Shown one piece after another: positions 42,010 to 57,042 of a stretch of 64,000 nucleotides of DNA. Numbering within the stretch: the stretch's first letter is position 1; every line of letters starts with the position of its first letter. Under the pieces are notes generated by a model that had not been told where the DNA came from, did not search any database, and worked only from the letters and a program-made list of their open reading frames with translations. Made by a program: the position numbers and the translations under genes. The stretch comes from Lama guanicoe (taxonomy: Eukaryota). The DNA is taken from NCBI GenBank assembly GCA_013239625.1, contig MU053810.1, forward strand, positions 4,310,071 to 4,374,070, read 5' to 3'.

Positions 42010-42240
42010 TAGCATTTGTTAAGTGCTTCCTGAGGGTCAGACACCATGTTAAGTTCTTTACCTGGATGCCTCAAGCAATCCCCACAACACCCCTGGATGG
42101 CAGGTACTGGCATTAGCATCTCCATTTTACAGATGAACAAACTAAGTCCCAGAGATGATGAGTAACTTGTCCTCAGTCACATCACGTACCCAGTAAATGG
42201 GACAGCTAAGATTTGAATCTAGACAATCCTACGTACTCAC
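42010..42240 (-). mobile_element. MIR SINE
   Basis: tccattttacagatgaacaaactaagtcccagag core. Confidence 0.7.
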
Positions 42241-43095
42241 CTGTGCCCTTGTCTTTTACCCTCTTATCTAGAGATGCCAAGAGAAAGAAGATTCACTGCG
42301 TCAGGGTGACTCCATCTAACACTTACCTAGACTAGACCGTAAGCTCCTGGAGGCAGGAATTATGTCTCACAATTTTCCAGGACCCAGCCCAGCACCTGGC
42401 ACATAATCTCTGTGTGATGATTATTGGTGGGTGGATTATCCCTGTTCAAGTACAGGAAACCTTATCGGATTGATCTGAAAGTATTAGCTTGCCTACAACA
42501 AATCAGTACCATTTCCCTTTCTCTTTGGTGGTGTTGGATTTATCTTCTAATATTTTGTTTTAATAGATGGCAGATACGCAGTTTCTTAGAACTCTTTTGT
42601 ATCAGAGTCCTGGCAGGAAATAGATGATTCGCTCAAACTGAGTAGTTGGGGAGTACAGTAAAAAGAGGCTGTTTGGAAAGAGGCAGGCAGGGTTTCAAGG
42701 AACGCAGCAAAAGATAGTACAGAATTCCAAGGCTAGTGGCTTTGGAGGTGTCATCACCCCTCCACTTGAAAAGGCAAGGGTGGGGGGTGGTCCTAGGCTC
42801 CAGAGAGAGAGCAGAATGGAGAAGACCAGCTGGCAAGAGCTGCGGCTGGGGGTAGAAAACAGCCACAGCAGCCCAGCAGGGAGGAACAGGAGACTAAACC
42901 TTGGCTTTTCCCTTCTCCTACTTCCCTCTCCTGTTCATCTTTCCTGTTGGTTGAAGGTAACTGGAAGCCAAGGTGCAAGGGAGCCCTTGCTGCAGCCCTG
43001 AAGCCAGTCTCCTGGGCACAGATGAAGTGCAGAAAGTGGCTGTGGAGCAAGCAGACAATATTCATCAAAACTTGTGAGCAAAGCCCAGAGCATAG

Positions 43096-43708
43096 TGATG
43101 GAAGAAGTTTTCACATTTTAGGGTACCACGAAGTCATTCTGGCTTACGCATGATTTGGCTTGAACTAACTGGAACAGCCTGTCTTATGGCCTGTCAAACA
43201 TGCATTGTATATCTGCTTTAACCATTAAAGAAAAGAAGGCATTTAAGAATCAAAGTGGAGTAACTGCAGTTCATGCATTCAAAGGGAGCTGGTGAACATT
43301 GTGGATATGGTTTCAGACATGTTCCTGCATCCCTGAGAAGCTGAATTTTCTGAACGATATCAAACTCAAGGACACTACCAATCTTAAACAGTATCTGCTG
43401 GCAGTTGCCAGCTGCAACCTTAGGGTCTTAAGGTCTCCCCATGGAACTATGCAACCACTTCAGACCTCAACTAATCCTTGCTTAATAAGCACCCTTTTTT
43501 CTTGCCAGCTCCAATCCTGATTCTTAACAAACAATTTTGTAATTTTGAAGGTTTTGCCTTTATTAGCCTATCCCATTTTGGAGTCCAGCAGAACACAATT
43601 CAAGTGCTTCTTGAATCTGTGTCTCCCAGGCTATAGTCCTCAGTGTCCATCGAGTAAAACTCTTTTCTATTCCTGTTATAGGTTGTTTATTGGTTATTTA
43701 CATCAACA
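43096..43708 (+). mobile_element. ERV1-class solo LTR
   Basis: TG...CA termini with perfect 4-bp TSD ATAG (43092-43095 and 43709-43712); AGTAAA-type polyA signal near 43652. Confidence 0.7.
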
Positions 43709-46457
43709 ATAGCCCACAGAGTTCAAAACTGTACTGATGACCTATTATAACTCTAACTTGATCCATGTGCATTCATTTCAGTAACTAGTTGTTGTTCGTA
43801 CATGCTAGGCAGTTTTCTCATACGAGCTAGTCAAAGTATGTAAATTGAGCCAGATTCTTCTAGTTTTTGAAGTGCAACTTTAGGGAATCTTGGAAATGTT
43901 AGCTCTTCAAAGATGCTTGGGCAATATAATGCATCATCAACTCCAGGGCCTAACACACAACTGTGAATAAATTTATCCATGGGGAGTGTGGAGTAACTGT
44001 AAAATTGTTCTCACACAGAATTTCCTCAGAAGACTACGGAGTCCTGTCCTCATGGAGATTTTTCTTGATGGCAAGAGCTGCGGCTGGGGTTTAGCATCAT
44101 TTTTACTTCATACTGTTGATATAACATTTGTTTTTACATTAAAAAATATGAGTTCTGAAGACATCAGGTGCTGTCTTTCCTTAGAGTAGCCAAATAGGTG
44201 ATACTGAGCATTACTTTCTGGTTTTCAGATTAGAAAAGAACTGGTGGCACACTGAAATCAACAAGTGACATCATGATGAAGCAAAAATGAATCAATGTGC
44301 CTCGAAAAATAGCAAATATTAAGCAAAATTAGGACCATTTATAAGCAATGCTGTTGTTTTTGTTTTGTTTTTTGGCTGTTACTTTGACAGGCAAATTGAA
44401 TATACTAAGAAGCTGTATGAACAACTAGTTAGTCTATTAGCTAGAACCAGAGGCAGTTTCCAATGTAAGTGCTGTAGAGGCATTGTATTAGCATTTCCAC
44501 ATTGCTTATGATTGCTGTCATTTTGCCAGTTTCACTTCCTGTGTAATAAAATCAGCATATTCTTTGCTGAACACTGTGGAGCCCGGGTCTAGTAGCATGC
44601 ATTCCATGTTTACATTTTCCCTGCAAGGTGTTTCATGACACTCTGAATGATACAAGCTGATGATACAAGTTGATAGATTTTCAGACTAAAGGATATTATT
44701 TGAAAAGCCTCAAAGGGCAGGACTCTTCACACAAAAGCTGAATTGGTTTCTGAGATGAACGTTCTGCTTTGGAATGGGGCTCCGGGGACACAGGACATGT
44801 GCTTTGCTAACCCTTGTGCCTAGAGCAAGGCTCTTGGTTTCATCTCTTCAGTTGTAGAATCATTTTGCTAACTTTTAATGGTTGCTGTGTTGCTTTCCAG
44901 CTTTAAAGTTCCATAATTTTCTGCTACCCAAAATCTAAAGTGGTCTTAGAGAGTATTTTTAAAGTTCTCTAGATAAAACATATTCAAAACAAATGCATTA
45001 ATTTCTCTGGCCTCCAAAGACAACTACCATGAATATTGCCCAAAGTGTGGAATTGATGACTCTGAAAATCCATGGGCCATTCATATTTTCCACTGCTGCA
45101 TTAGTGGCATTTCTGTTTCTTATAAAGTAAGCAAGGTTTGTGTCCTGTAAGGAAATGAGTGACAATGTAGAGAAAGTGATGGCACCTCCCATGTGTTGAA
45201 TTCTTGGCCTTTTCAAAGCTACAAAAGCCAAAAAAAAAAAAAAATGAATAGGAGGCAATTAAAGACCATGGATTGATTGCTAATTATTAAACTGACTTCA
45301 AATCAATATAAATGGACATGATTATCCAAATATCAGACTTCTGTCAAACCCAGGCCACTGAGGGAAAAACACCTGAACATTTCACAGAAGTGGCCAGCAG
45401 TGCACTTTATTTTGTCTGTCCTCACTCAGCATTTATTCGTTCTAATTTAACTTGGAAGTCTCAATTTTTACAGTTTTACCTAAAATTCTATAAACTATAT
45501 TATATAATCCTCAGACCAAGGTATAAATAAACTTGGAGCTAAGTAAAGGGAGACACTTAGAAATACACATAATAAAGGCAAGGGAAATGAGGTTTCAGAG
45601 CCTGACTCTGAAGAACAGATACAATAAACAAAAAGTAAACAGAAAATTGTGTAACTGAAATGGTAAGTAATATTCATAATAGAGTTGTGTACCATTAATG
45701 AGATACGGAGTTATTTGAGAAACAGTGTATAACATTAAACTTTAAGGTTTTCATCAAAATGGTTAATTTTTCTTTGAAGTTTTGGTGCTGTAAGAGATGA
45801 GCTACTGTATATATTATTTACTTATTTGTTTGTTTTAATTGAAGCATAGTCAGTTACAATGTGTCAATTTCTGGTGTACAGCACAATGTCCCAGTCATGC
45901 ATGTATGTACATATATTCGCTTTCATGTTCTATATCTCACTTATTTAGAAGAACAGAAGCCCGGCTGATGGCTGATGTTGGGTGAATGTCAGAGTCCCAA
46001 CATTAAACAGATGGCACACACAAATTAGGATGCTTCTAGATGGCTTGTTAATAGAGGGGCTGATTACAAAGGAGGCTGTAAGATAAGATATGCAAGAGCT
46101 AACAGAAGCCAAGCTATTCCCACCCCTTGTTCCAAAGAGCCAGAAGAATTTACTGGAACCTGGAATGAGACAGAGTTGGGTAGAGCAGGTGGCCTGGTGA
46201 CCTTCTGTCAAGGCACACAGCAGGCTGGGGTCACCTCACAGAGAGGAACCCTGGAAGTAAATTCTCTGGCCCCACTCTTTTCAGTCCCTCCAGTCTCCTT
46301 CTGGGGTTTCCCATTCTCTGAACCCAACTGGAAGCCAGAGATCATGGCAGTCCACTGATGCAGTTGAGATTTCGGAGTCTATTAATGTAGTTCAATGATA
46401 GAGAAAGGTGGAGTGTAGGTTGAAGGTCAGAGGCACACCTGGCACACTACTTCTACT

Positions 46458-46919
46458 TGTGGTGGGTTGAATTGTATTCCCCCTGCAAAAGATATGTTCA
46501 AGTTCTAACCCGGATGACCTCAATTGGAAGCAGGGTCTTTGCAGATGCAGTCAGATTAAGATGAGGTCATACGAGGTCAGGATTGGCCCTAAGTTCAATA
46601 ACTGGTGTCTATATGAGAAAGCAGGGGAACATTTGGACACAGAGACACAGAGGATACACACAGGGAAGAAGCAGGTATGTAATGATGGAGACAAGAGATG
46701 GGAGAGATGCAGCTGCAAGCCAGGGAACAGCAAGGATTGCCAGCAGCCCCCAGAACTTAGGAAGAGAAAAGGAAAGATTCTTCCCTAGAGCCTTCAGTGG
46801 GAGCACAGCCCTCCAGAAACCTGGATTTCAGCCTTCTGGCCTCCAGAGAATCAATTTCTGTTGTTTTAAGCAACCCAGTTAGTGGTGATTTGTTCTGTCA
46901 GTCCTAGGAAACAAATACA
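46458..46919 (+). mobile_element. MLT1B/C-like solo LTR
   Basis: tgtggtgggttgaattgtattccccc...agggtctttgcagatg...gtcctaggaaacaaataca. Confidence 0.85.
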
Positions 46920-47997
46920 GAAAAAGCAGCCATGTTGTCCGGTACCAGTGGAATATAAGTACTGTTGATTCTCCTTCACTTGATTCTTTCAGTCCTGTGA
47001 TCACAGCCCCAAAGCTAGGTAATATATGGTGTAATCTTAGGGTTGGGAGTGTTTGGAGGTGAGGGAGGAGTGTACCTGCGAGGACTGAACACTAGTGTTC
47101 TTAGACTCCTGGGTTGGAGTCTAGGCTCACACAAACAAATGCGCCCCTACCTGGCTACTCTGTGGCACGCTGACCAACCAGCCTTCCCTACGATTCCCCG
47201 GGACTCATTCCTAGAACCTGTTCTCCCTACTCACTGAGACTGACCTGCTTGTATTTGTCTTCCTTCCAGAGTCCACCGTCTTCACTATATATGCCAGGCC
47301 ATGCTGCCTCAATTTTGTTCGCCAGCATCTTTGCATCTCCCAGCCCCACTAACCAAGATTTCACATACTGCTTTCAAAAAAATAAAAGCCAGTTTACAAA
47401 AGATAGCCAACAGGAGGATCCATAGACCAGTCAATTAATCCCTTCTTTGCTTCCCTACAGCATCTTTCTTAATTTGGCATCATCATAAATTAGGAACTTC
47501 TGCTTCAGGCCAAATTGGAGTAACAGGTCCCTGCTTTTCTCTTCCTTGTTCCTGAAACAACTAATAAACTAGGAGGAAGTACGGAGTTGAGAGGATAGAG
47601 TTGGAAGCTCAGGGCAGCCAGGTTGGCTGGTGTCCACAGGGCAACGTACTAAAGAGAAGAGAACTACTCAGAGAGACAGCACTGGAGATCTGGAGAAGGT
47701 CCTTCCCACGTCTTCTGCTGAGTTTTTTGTGATTTTTTTTTGTTTTGGTTTGGTTTTTTTAGGGTCCTTGATTTTAATGTACACTCCATCATAGACATCT
47801 TTGTTAATTTGGAAATGGAAAAATGAATGGTTATTTTGTCTGTACAGTTTGGCAAATAAAAATGCAGGGAGCAAGAGAACACACATATAATAAGGATAAA
47901 CATGGACCCACACTCTCCCCACTTCTATTCCTAGTCCTGGAGACCCTTGCCAATGTATCATGCCAAGAATAAGTCAACCAATCAACCAATCTACCCA

Positions 47998-50634
47998 CAG
48001 CTGACCTTTGAACAGTATGGAGGTGGGAGTGCCAAACCTCTTTGTAGTCAAAACTCCGTGTATAAAGTCTGACCCCCTGCAAACTTAACTACTAGTAGCC
48101 TACTGTTGACCAGAAGCCTTACCCCCAACATAAATAATTGGTAAGCACATATTTTGTATGTTACATGTATTCTATACTGTATTCTTACAATAAAGTAAGC
48201 TAGAGAAGAGAAAATGTTATCAAGAGAGTCATGAGAAAGAAAAAATACATTTATGGCGCTGTACTGTATTTAGTGATAGCATACATTTACATCATCTGTT
48301 TACAAGATGAATTGTCTGTCAGTACCTACATCAATATTGTCTTATATGATAAAAAAAAATGATGTGGGTGTTATATGCATCACTAACACTAGACATTAAA
48401 ACTGAAAAGACAATGTGGAAAAGAAATTCATATTTACTTATAGGTGTAAAGATTCGTGCATTGAAGATGAAGAAGCAGCAGCATGGCTGCTTTATGGTGG
48501 CCCAGTGTAACTGAAACAACTGCCTGTAGACTCGTGAATGAATCATTATAAGATTTGTACGGCATACACTTTGCAGTCATATTCATAACATAGTATGGGA
48601 GACTGTTACTTTTTTTAAAACCACTTACATCTAATGATAGGCTGATAACGCAGTTTCTCCCGTTGGGAGAGAGACAGGCATCTATTGCATGGTAATGTAA
48701 TTCTTTGAAAACAAAGTTATAACATAGGAAGAAAACTAACACGTTATTAGTTTTATATTAAATCTCACTCACCTTACACCTATGTAAGGAGAGGCCATCC
48801 ACCTCAATACAAGTCCTGCAAACGCGAAGTTCTGCATGTGTATTTTTTTTCTAATTTTTTAAACACTTTTATTGATTTATAATCATTTTACAATGTTGTG
48901 TCAAATTCCAGTGTAGAGCACAATTTTTCAGTTATACATGAACATTATATATTCATTGTCACTTTTTTTCTTTGTGAATTACCATAAGATCTTGTCTATA
49001 TTTCCCTGAGCTATACAGTATAATCTTGTTTATCTATTCTACAATTTTGAAATCCCGTCTATCCCTTCCCACCCTGCACCCCCTTGGCAACCACAAGTTT
49101 GTATTCTATGTCTATGAATCTATTTCTGTTTTATATTTATGCTTTTTGTTTCTGTTTTTTTAGATTCCACATATGAGCAATCTCATGTGGTATTTTTCTT
49201 TCTCTTTCTGGCTTACTTCACTTAGAATGACATTCTCCAGGAGCATCCATGTTGCTGCAAATGGCATTATGTTGTCATTTTATGGCTGTATGGTATTCCA
49301 TTGTATAAATATACCACTTCTTCTTTATCCAGTCATCTGTTGATGGACATTTAGGCTGTTTCCATGTTTGGCTATTGTAAATAGTGCTGCTATGAACACT
49401 GGGGTGTGGTGTCATCCTGAAGTAGGATTCCTTCTGGATACATGCCCAGGAGCAAGATTCCTGGGTCATATGGTAAGTCTATTCCTAGTCTTTTGAGGAA
49501 TCTCCACACTGGCTGCACCAAACTGCATTCCCACCAGCAGTGTAGGAGGGTTCCCTTTTCTCCACAGCCTCTCCAGCATTTGTCATTTGTGGATTTTTGA
49601 ATGATGGCCATTGACTGGTGTGAGGTTATACCTCATTGGAGTTTTGATTTTCATTTCTCTGATAATTAGTGGCATTGAGCATTTTTTCATGTGCTTATTG
49701 ATCATTTGTATGTCTTCATTGGAGAACTGCTTGTTTAGGTCTTTTGCCCACTTTTGGATTGGGTTGTTTGGTTGTTTCTTACTAAGTCGTATGAGCTGCT
49801 TATATATTCTGGAGATCAAGCCTTGGTCGGTTTCATTTACAAAAATGTTCTCCCATTCCATAGGTTGTCTTTTTGTTTTACTTATGGTTTCCTTTGCTGT
49901 GCAGAAGCTTGTAAGTTTCATTAGGTCCCATTTGTTTATTCTTGCTTTTATTTCTACTGCTTGAGTAGACTGTTCTAGGAGAACATTTTTGAGATGTATG
50001 TCAGATAATGTTTTGCCTATATTTTCTTCTAGGAGGTTTATTGTATCTTGTCTTATATTTAAGTCTTTGATCCATCTTGAGCTCATTTTTGTGTATGGTT
50101 TAGAGAGTGTTCTAGCTTCATTGCTTTACATGCCTCTGTCCAGTTTTCCCAACACCATTTGCTGAAGAGACTGTCTTTATTTCATTGTATATTCTTGCCT
50201 CCTTTGTCGAAGATTAGTTGACCAAAAGTTTGTGGGTTCATTTCTGGGTTCTCTGTTCTGTTCCATTGGTCTATATGTCTGTTTTTGTATCAATACCATG
50301 CTGTCTTGATGACTGTAGCTTTATAGTATTGTCTGAAGTCTGGGAGAGTTATTTCTCCAGCCTCTTTCTTTCTCTTCAGTAATGCTTTGGCAATTCTAGG
50401 TCTTTGATGGTTCCATATAAATTTTATTATGATTTGTTCTAGTTCTGTGAAATATGTCCTGGGTAATTTGATAGGGATTGCATTAAATCTGTAGATTGCC
50501 TTGGGCAGTGTGACCATTTTATCAATACTGATTCTTCCAATCCAAGAGCATCTGCGTGTGTATTTCTGTTTATTTATTGAAAAAATCCACATATAAGTGG
50601 ACCCGCATAACCCGTATTGTTCAAGAGTCAACTG
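47998..50634. mobile_element. Tigger2-like DNA transposon interrupted by an L1
   Basis: Inverted termini cagctgacctttgaaca / tgttcaagagtcaactg; internal cttacaataaagtaagctagagaa. Confidence 0.8.
48846..50550 (-). mobile_element. 5'-truncated L1 (ORF2 C-terminus plus 3' UTR), relatively young
   Basis: ORF fragments [55 protein letters not shown]; 15-bp TSD tctgc(a/g)tgtgtattt at 48831-48845 and 50551-50565. Confidence 0.95.
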
Positions 50635-50669
50635 TGTATATGTATAAAGTATATGGTACTTCCAAGAAA

Positions 50670-51940
50670 TGAAAATATAAGGAAAGTAAGGAAAAAATAA
50701 TAAGTAAAAACTGCCTATATTTACAGATGATTTTTTCTTTTTTTAAGAAATTCTGGAGCAATCTACAAATCAACTACTACAACAAATAAATTTACCTAGG
50801 TCTCAGAATTCAAGGTCAATATACAAAAATCAGCTGTATATCCATACGGTAGAAGCAAACGATTGTAATGTGAAATTTTTAAATCAAGAAACACAAGGTA
50901 ACTAGGAATACATTTAACGAAAGTTGTGTAATACTTGTACACTGAAAACTATAAAATATTGCTGAATTTATAGATGATCTAAATGAATGGAGAGACATAC
51001 CATGCTCATGGTTTAGAAAGTCAATATTGTTAAGAATTTTTTCTCCCCAAATTTATGCACAGGTTCAGTGCAATTCTGATCAAAACCGCAATTCTTAGGG
51101 GGAGGGTGTAGCTCAATTGGTAATTAGCATGCATGAGGTCCTGGGTTCAATCCACAGTACCTCCTCCAAAAATAAATAAACCTGATTACCTCCCCCATCC
51201 CTCAGCCAAAATAAAATAATTTTAAAAAATGATGATACATAAATAAAAAATATTAAAAAATAAACCCCGCAATTCTTGAGTAGAAATTGACAAATTGATT
51301 CTAAAATTTATATGGAAAAACAAAGGCCTTAGATTAGTTTGAAACATAGTTTGGAAATAGACCCTTTTTTTTTTTATTTTTTTTTTTTTTACCAAAGCAT
51401 CAAAGCAATTCAGTAGATAAAGTCTTATCCACATATGATGTGGGGAAACTGGATACACCAAGAAAAACTGAACTTTGACATCTTCATTCTGCACAGAGAA
51501 ATTAATATTAGATGGATCAAAAAATAAAAGCTAAAACTACAAAGCATCTGGACCAACATAAGTCCATCTCTTCATGACCTTGTTTGCCAAAGATTTTCTT
51601 CAGAAATGATACCAAAAGCTCTAAATGCAAATGAAAAAATTGACAAGTTGGACTTTATCAAAATGAAAAACTTACTCTCATCAAAAGAAGACAGGCATTA
51701 AGAAGTGAAAAACTATATACCCTTTATGTAATCAACCCCACAAAATAATAGTAAAAGACAAAAATACAGTAAAAAAAAAAAGTTGGGAAAAGGCTTGAAC
51801 ACATACCTGGTCAGAGAAAGTATACAAATGACCAATAAACACATAAAGAAGTAGTCAACATCTTTGGTCGTCAAAGAAATGCTAAATAATTCCACAGTAA
51901 AGTATCATTTCACACCAACTAGAATGGCTAAATACTAAGG
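50670..51940 (+). mobile_element. Old L1 ORF2 remnant
   Basis: caaggtcaatatacaaaaatcagctgta, aatgaatggagagacataccatgctcatgg, gacaaattgattctaaaatttatatgg. Confidence 0.8.
51098..51261 (+). mobile_element. Vic-1-like SINE inserted in the old L1
   Basis: gggggagggtgtagctcaattgg...gaggtcctgggttcaatcc; TSD ccgcaattctt at 51086-51096 and 51267-51277. Confidence 0.85.
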
Positions 51941-53869
51941 GGCTATCAAAATTCTTTTATTATGCAGAAGAGATTTTTTAAAAATCAAATATCTCCTAAT
52001 TTAAAAGAAGTAGTGCATTTGCAGAAACTTGGAGATTCTTCTCCAGTATATTTAATTTCTGATAGTGGTAATAATTATTTTAAGGGTCCATTTCTGTAAG
52101 ATTCTGCATATGTGAAATTATAGGACTATTAGCAAGAAAGAAGTTAGAAGGTCTGTTTTGATGTCTAAAGGGTATTCACCACTACAGAAGTTTCCCACCA
52201 CTCTCTGTACTTATTTTCAGCTCTTGGGTAACTGTAAAGTCTGTTTTTCACACCCTGTGAATATTTGACTGTAGAACTTAGTCTAATGGTTTGTAAAAAT
52301 CTACACACATAGTAGTTATAAACCAAACAGCATTTCTTCCGGCCATACCTATTTTACAAAACACAGCTAACCCTTCTTCTGGACAGTTTCCAGTCCTTCT
52401 CTGCAGGTTTCAGCCTCAAGAAAATACACACAGGCTGTTTGCCTCCAATGTCTGTTCTGTTAAAAAGAGAAAGAAAAAAAAATTACAGGAGCTATTTGGC
52501 AGGTAGAACAGAAAATCGTATAGAAAAACAACCTGACTAACATCCCATTAAGCCTTCCTGATTTATTTCAGGGGGCTCAGATTATGTAAGTGTTTCTTTA
52601 ATTATGTATGTATTTATTTTAAATTCATATTTTACCCATACGCACAGCCATGGTTGAGTGTAAATTCACCCTGCCCATAACAACAAATTTTCAGGCAAAT
52701 GCAATTGACGTCTTCACCTTCCAGAGAAATTAAAAAACAGTAACGTAGAACAGCCCTGTGTAGAAATGATCATTGCCGAGTGTTTTTTCCATCTTTCTTT
52801 TTCCTTTTTTATTATTCTAATACTTAGCTGGCCCATCTTGTTAATGGGTAAAATGTTTGGATAATATTCTGGTTTGAAAGAATGGGGCGGGGGAGAAACT
52901 TTTGGAAAGACCACTTTATTAATTCCTTGTAGATTTAAAGTATGAAGATCAAATGTACATATATATATAATGAAACATTTATGACTTGGAAAAAAAACGT
53001 AGTTAAGAATATTTCAGAAGAGCCTTTGTTGAGCTGCCAAAAATCTGGATTATGAGTTTTAAGTGATGAATATTGATCTCATTAGCTAATTCTCCATTTC
53101 TATGACTTGTAATGAGAGTAATCACTAATGTGCAATCCATAGATAGACATCCCCAGGTTTTGTTTCAGCTAGTCCTACACGTTTCATCCCACACCAAATC
53201 TTTGCACCTAATTACTCCAAGCAGCAAAAGTAGCATTTTTGCATTTCATAATCTTTCCTCTCCTCCTCTCTTTTTCCCACAAGAGATATTAATAGGTGGC
53301 AGCTGCAATAGTATTAAAATTGTAAAATTACCATTAAATTCCTTCATTCATTCAGTAAGTTTTTATTGAGTACCTTAACACGTGGCTGGCCCTGTTCTTG
53401 GCCAGGAGACAAAACAGGAAATGAAAGAGACAAATATTCTGCCCTCATGGAGCTTAAACTCTAGTGATGGGATACAGACAATAAATACATGAGAGAAGTT
53501 CATATATGACATCATAGGTGGTGATAATTAGTAAGGGGGGAAGTTAAGAAGAAACATCTGGATAAAGGGAGATGCACCTAATCCAGTTTTGGATAATTGT
53601 GAAGTTACTGCATTCCCATCACATCCCAGCCCTGACAGAGAAGATGATCTTTCTCCTTAAATCATAAATTGGGATCCTTCCAATGCAACATGGAATAGAG
53701 ACTTTCCAACATGACTGTGACCTAATCTGATCATCTCATCTGCGCTCTTATATACAAAATTATGTTACACATTATCAATTTGTTTGCCTTCCTGATGTCA
53801 GTTGGACTGAGTGTTTGCTGCTGATACCAATAGAGACACTGTAGATACATGGGAAGTTAGTCTGTTAGA

Positions 53870-54060
53870 AGATAAGGCACAGATTGTAGAGCAAACAGCC
53901 TTGGTTCAAATCCCAGCTCTCACCAGCTGTGTGACAACAGGCAAAGTCCTAAACTTCTCTGTGCCTCAGTGTCTTCAGCTATAGAGTGAGGATGGTAACA
54001 CTTCATAGTGTTGTTGTGTTAATGTGTATACAAAGCACTTAGAACAGTGACTGATGTGTT
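53870..54060 (+). mobile_element. MIR SINE
   Basis: ggttcaaatcccagctctcaccagctgtgtgac...cttctctgtgcctcagt. Confidence 0.7.
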
Positions 54061-54830
54061 GTTTATTACATGAAACAATACAGAGAAGACCACCTGGGGT
54101 ATTTGTTCACCAGGTTTGCAAATTTAGGTTGGATTGAATATTAAGTCCAATACCACACTCCCTTCTCAAACACTGTGGATGAACGCTATTTTGTTTAATA
54201 CCTTGGAGCAATACTGGATTTAGTGAAGTTTTCTGTGAGACTGAAAGACGTGAGAAAGGCTGTATTTCTTAGTTATGTTGTGGTTCTTCTCAAGGAAAAC
54301 GGAGTCCCTACATATCAGAAAAGCTTTATTTATTCTTTACTCTTTATTGTCTTTTTCTTTCCACTAAGAGGTAAGCTCCACAGGATAAGAATTTAATTTT
54401 TGCTTTGTTTCTGTTTTTGCCTTGTTGTTGTTTTGTTTTGTTTATAGATGTACCCCAAGTACCTAGAATAATGTTTGGCATGTGGTAGACATTCAATACA
54501 TTGGATAAATAAATGGACAAAAGAATGAATGAATGAAATACAATGTAAATAGAAGTCTGAGGAGCCAGCTTTAATTCACCTAATTACCCAAAGCAGCAAA
54601 AGTATTTCCACTTAGTCACTAATCCCAGTAGGGTTTTGTTACTTATCTATCTGTAAAATTTACTCTTTTTTGGAACTTCTATGGAATGCCAGTCTATATA
54701 AGGAAATCTGCTGGACTGTGGGCCCTAAACAGGCTTACAATTTAGTGGCATAAATATGAAAGGAACAGAAATAAATAACACAAAGTACAAAGAGCTAGGT
54801 ATTCTGAAAAGAAAAAAAAAGTGAATGTAA

Positions 54831-54970
54831 GTGGGAGGGTACAGCTCAGTGGCAGAGTGAGTGCTTAGTGTGCATGAGGTCCTGGGTTCAATCCCCAGTA
54901 CCTACTCAAAGAATAAATAAATAAGTAAACCTAGTTACCTCCTCCCCCCCACCAAAATTAAATTAAATTT
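54831..54970 (+). mobile_element. Vic-1-like SINE
   Basis: gggagggtacagctcagtggcagag...gaggtcctgggttcaatccccagtacc; TSD aaaaagtgaatgtaa (54816-54830) / aaaaagtgagtgcaa (54971-54985). Confidence 0.85.
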
Positions 54971-56499
54971 AAAAAGTGAGTGCAATCCAGTGGGAGAGGT
55001 AACTAGAGGAATCAAAGAAGATTCCTTGCTGGCTTTGTGTCTTTCAGGCTGATTCGTGTGATCGTCCCATGAAGTCATCTTAAATAAATCTTTTGAAAAT
55101 TAAGGTATTTGTCAAGTTCACAAATGCTGTGAAAGCCTGAGAGAAAATACATGAGGAGTTCTAGTTAAACAAAACAGAACCAAAGAAGCAGGGAGAGAGG
55201 ACCGTTGTTTTCCAGGGAACCCTGATGAGATTTTATAAGTCTGATTATTTTTCAGTTGATTCATATATATTTACACCTCTAGTTGTTTTGTTACTTCTCA
55301 GAGTTATTTATGTTATTTAATTTGTAGAAATACACAGGGTTATATGACATCTGCAGAGTGAGAATGTGTGTATCTGGCAATGATTACTTATATTCATACA
55401 GAGTAACATTACAAATGCATTAAATCCAGATACCCCAAAGAAATTGCAGTTATAAATTTCACTCACCAGAAAAGCAGACATCAACATTTCTTTATTTTTT
55501 ACCTTTTTAAGATTTAATCTTTATGATATTGAAAAAAAGATTGTCTCATTTTTTTAAAAAAGCAACTCTGCTGAAAATCATTTATGCTTTTGATAATGCA
55601 AGTCCTGGGAATGAAACCTTTATTTTAAAAAGTTGAAAACTGTTCAATTTTGTGTAGATAAAGCAATGGGAAAATACCAAAATTAGAAAATTATAACTCC
55701 TTGATAATTGAAAGTCTCTGGTTTGTTTGCTAAACCATCTTTGGTTGCACATGAAGTAAATACAGTGGGACAGCGTGACAGTCTTGAATCAGAATAATAA
55801 CGGCTAATGTTGACAGGACATCTCTTAAATGTCAGACTCTCTTCTAAGACTTTACATTTTTTAACTCATTGGATCCTTATCATAACCATGGGAGGCTGAT
55901 GATTTTACTACTTCAATTATATAGATTAATAAACCAAATGAGAGGCATTAAGGGAACTGCAGTCTTCCAGGGCCAGTAAGTTGCAGAGTAGAAATTTGAA
56001 CCAAGATCCCTTTCCCTCTAACTAGATAATCCCCAAAGACCCTGAACCAAGTGTGTTGACCCAGCAGGCAAATAGTAGTTATATAGTCGATGTAACTATG
56101 GCAACAATCCAGCCTCTGTCTTTCTCCCTGTAAGATTATTAGGACTTTGGGGGGGGTAATTATTACATTGAAGTGCTTTAGAATTCTATGAATATTTTAT
56201 GAGAAGACAGCAGTGAAGATCAAGTTCAAATGCTGGATGATGGAGTATTTCAACATTTTTTCTTGTATGTTTTCATAATATTTAGCTTTATATTTCATCA
56301 TTTCTGATCCACAGAGGTTTTAAAGGCATAAATGACAAGAGCCAATCACAGACAGGAGGAGAGGGGGGAGTGGAAAGAAACATTTATTGAGCACATAATT
56401 GGGGCAGGACTGGGCTAGGGCCTTTGCAAGTATTATCTCAAGTAATGCACAGAGTAATTCTATTATTCATTTATTCATTAATTCATTCACTGAATTCAT

Positions 56500-57042
56500 T
56501 TAAATTCAAATTTAAAATATATATATATATGTGTATATATATATATATTCCTTTTCATATTCTTTTTCATTATAGGCCATTATAAGGTATTGAATATAGT
56601 TCCTTGTGCTGTACAGTAGGACCTTGTCGTTTTATCTTTTTATGTATAGTAGTTCGTATCTGCTAATCTCAAACTCCCAATTTATCCCTCCCCACCCCAT
56701 GTCCCTCCACTAACCATAAGATTGTTTTCTATGTCTGTGAGTCTATCTCTCTTTTGTAAGTAAGTTCATTTGTGTCCCTGTTCCTTTTTTTGAGTCCACA
56801 TATAAATGATATAATATGATATTTTTCTTTCTCTTTCTTTCTGGCTTACTTCACATAGGACAATCTCCAGGTCCATCCATGTTGCTGCAAACGATATTAT
56901 TTTATTCTTTTTTATGGCTGAGTAGTATTCCATCGTACATGCATACCACAACTTCTTTATCCAGTCATCTATCAATGGACATATAGGTTGTTTCCATGTC
57001 TTGGTTATTGTAATTAGTGCTGCTATGAACATTGGGATGTGT
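56500..57042 (-). mobile_element. L1 3' end fragment
   Basis: ORF 56766-57032 MFIAALITITKTWKQPICPLIDDWIKKLWY...MEYYSAIKKN is the L1 ORF2 C-terminus. Confidence 0.9.

Noticed and set aside
49275..50631. ORFs of 64-167 aa
   Set aside because: Fragments of L1 ORF2 in a 5'-truncated, frameshifted element.
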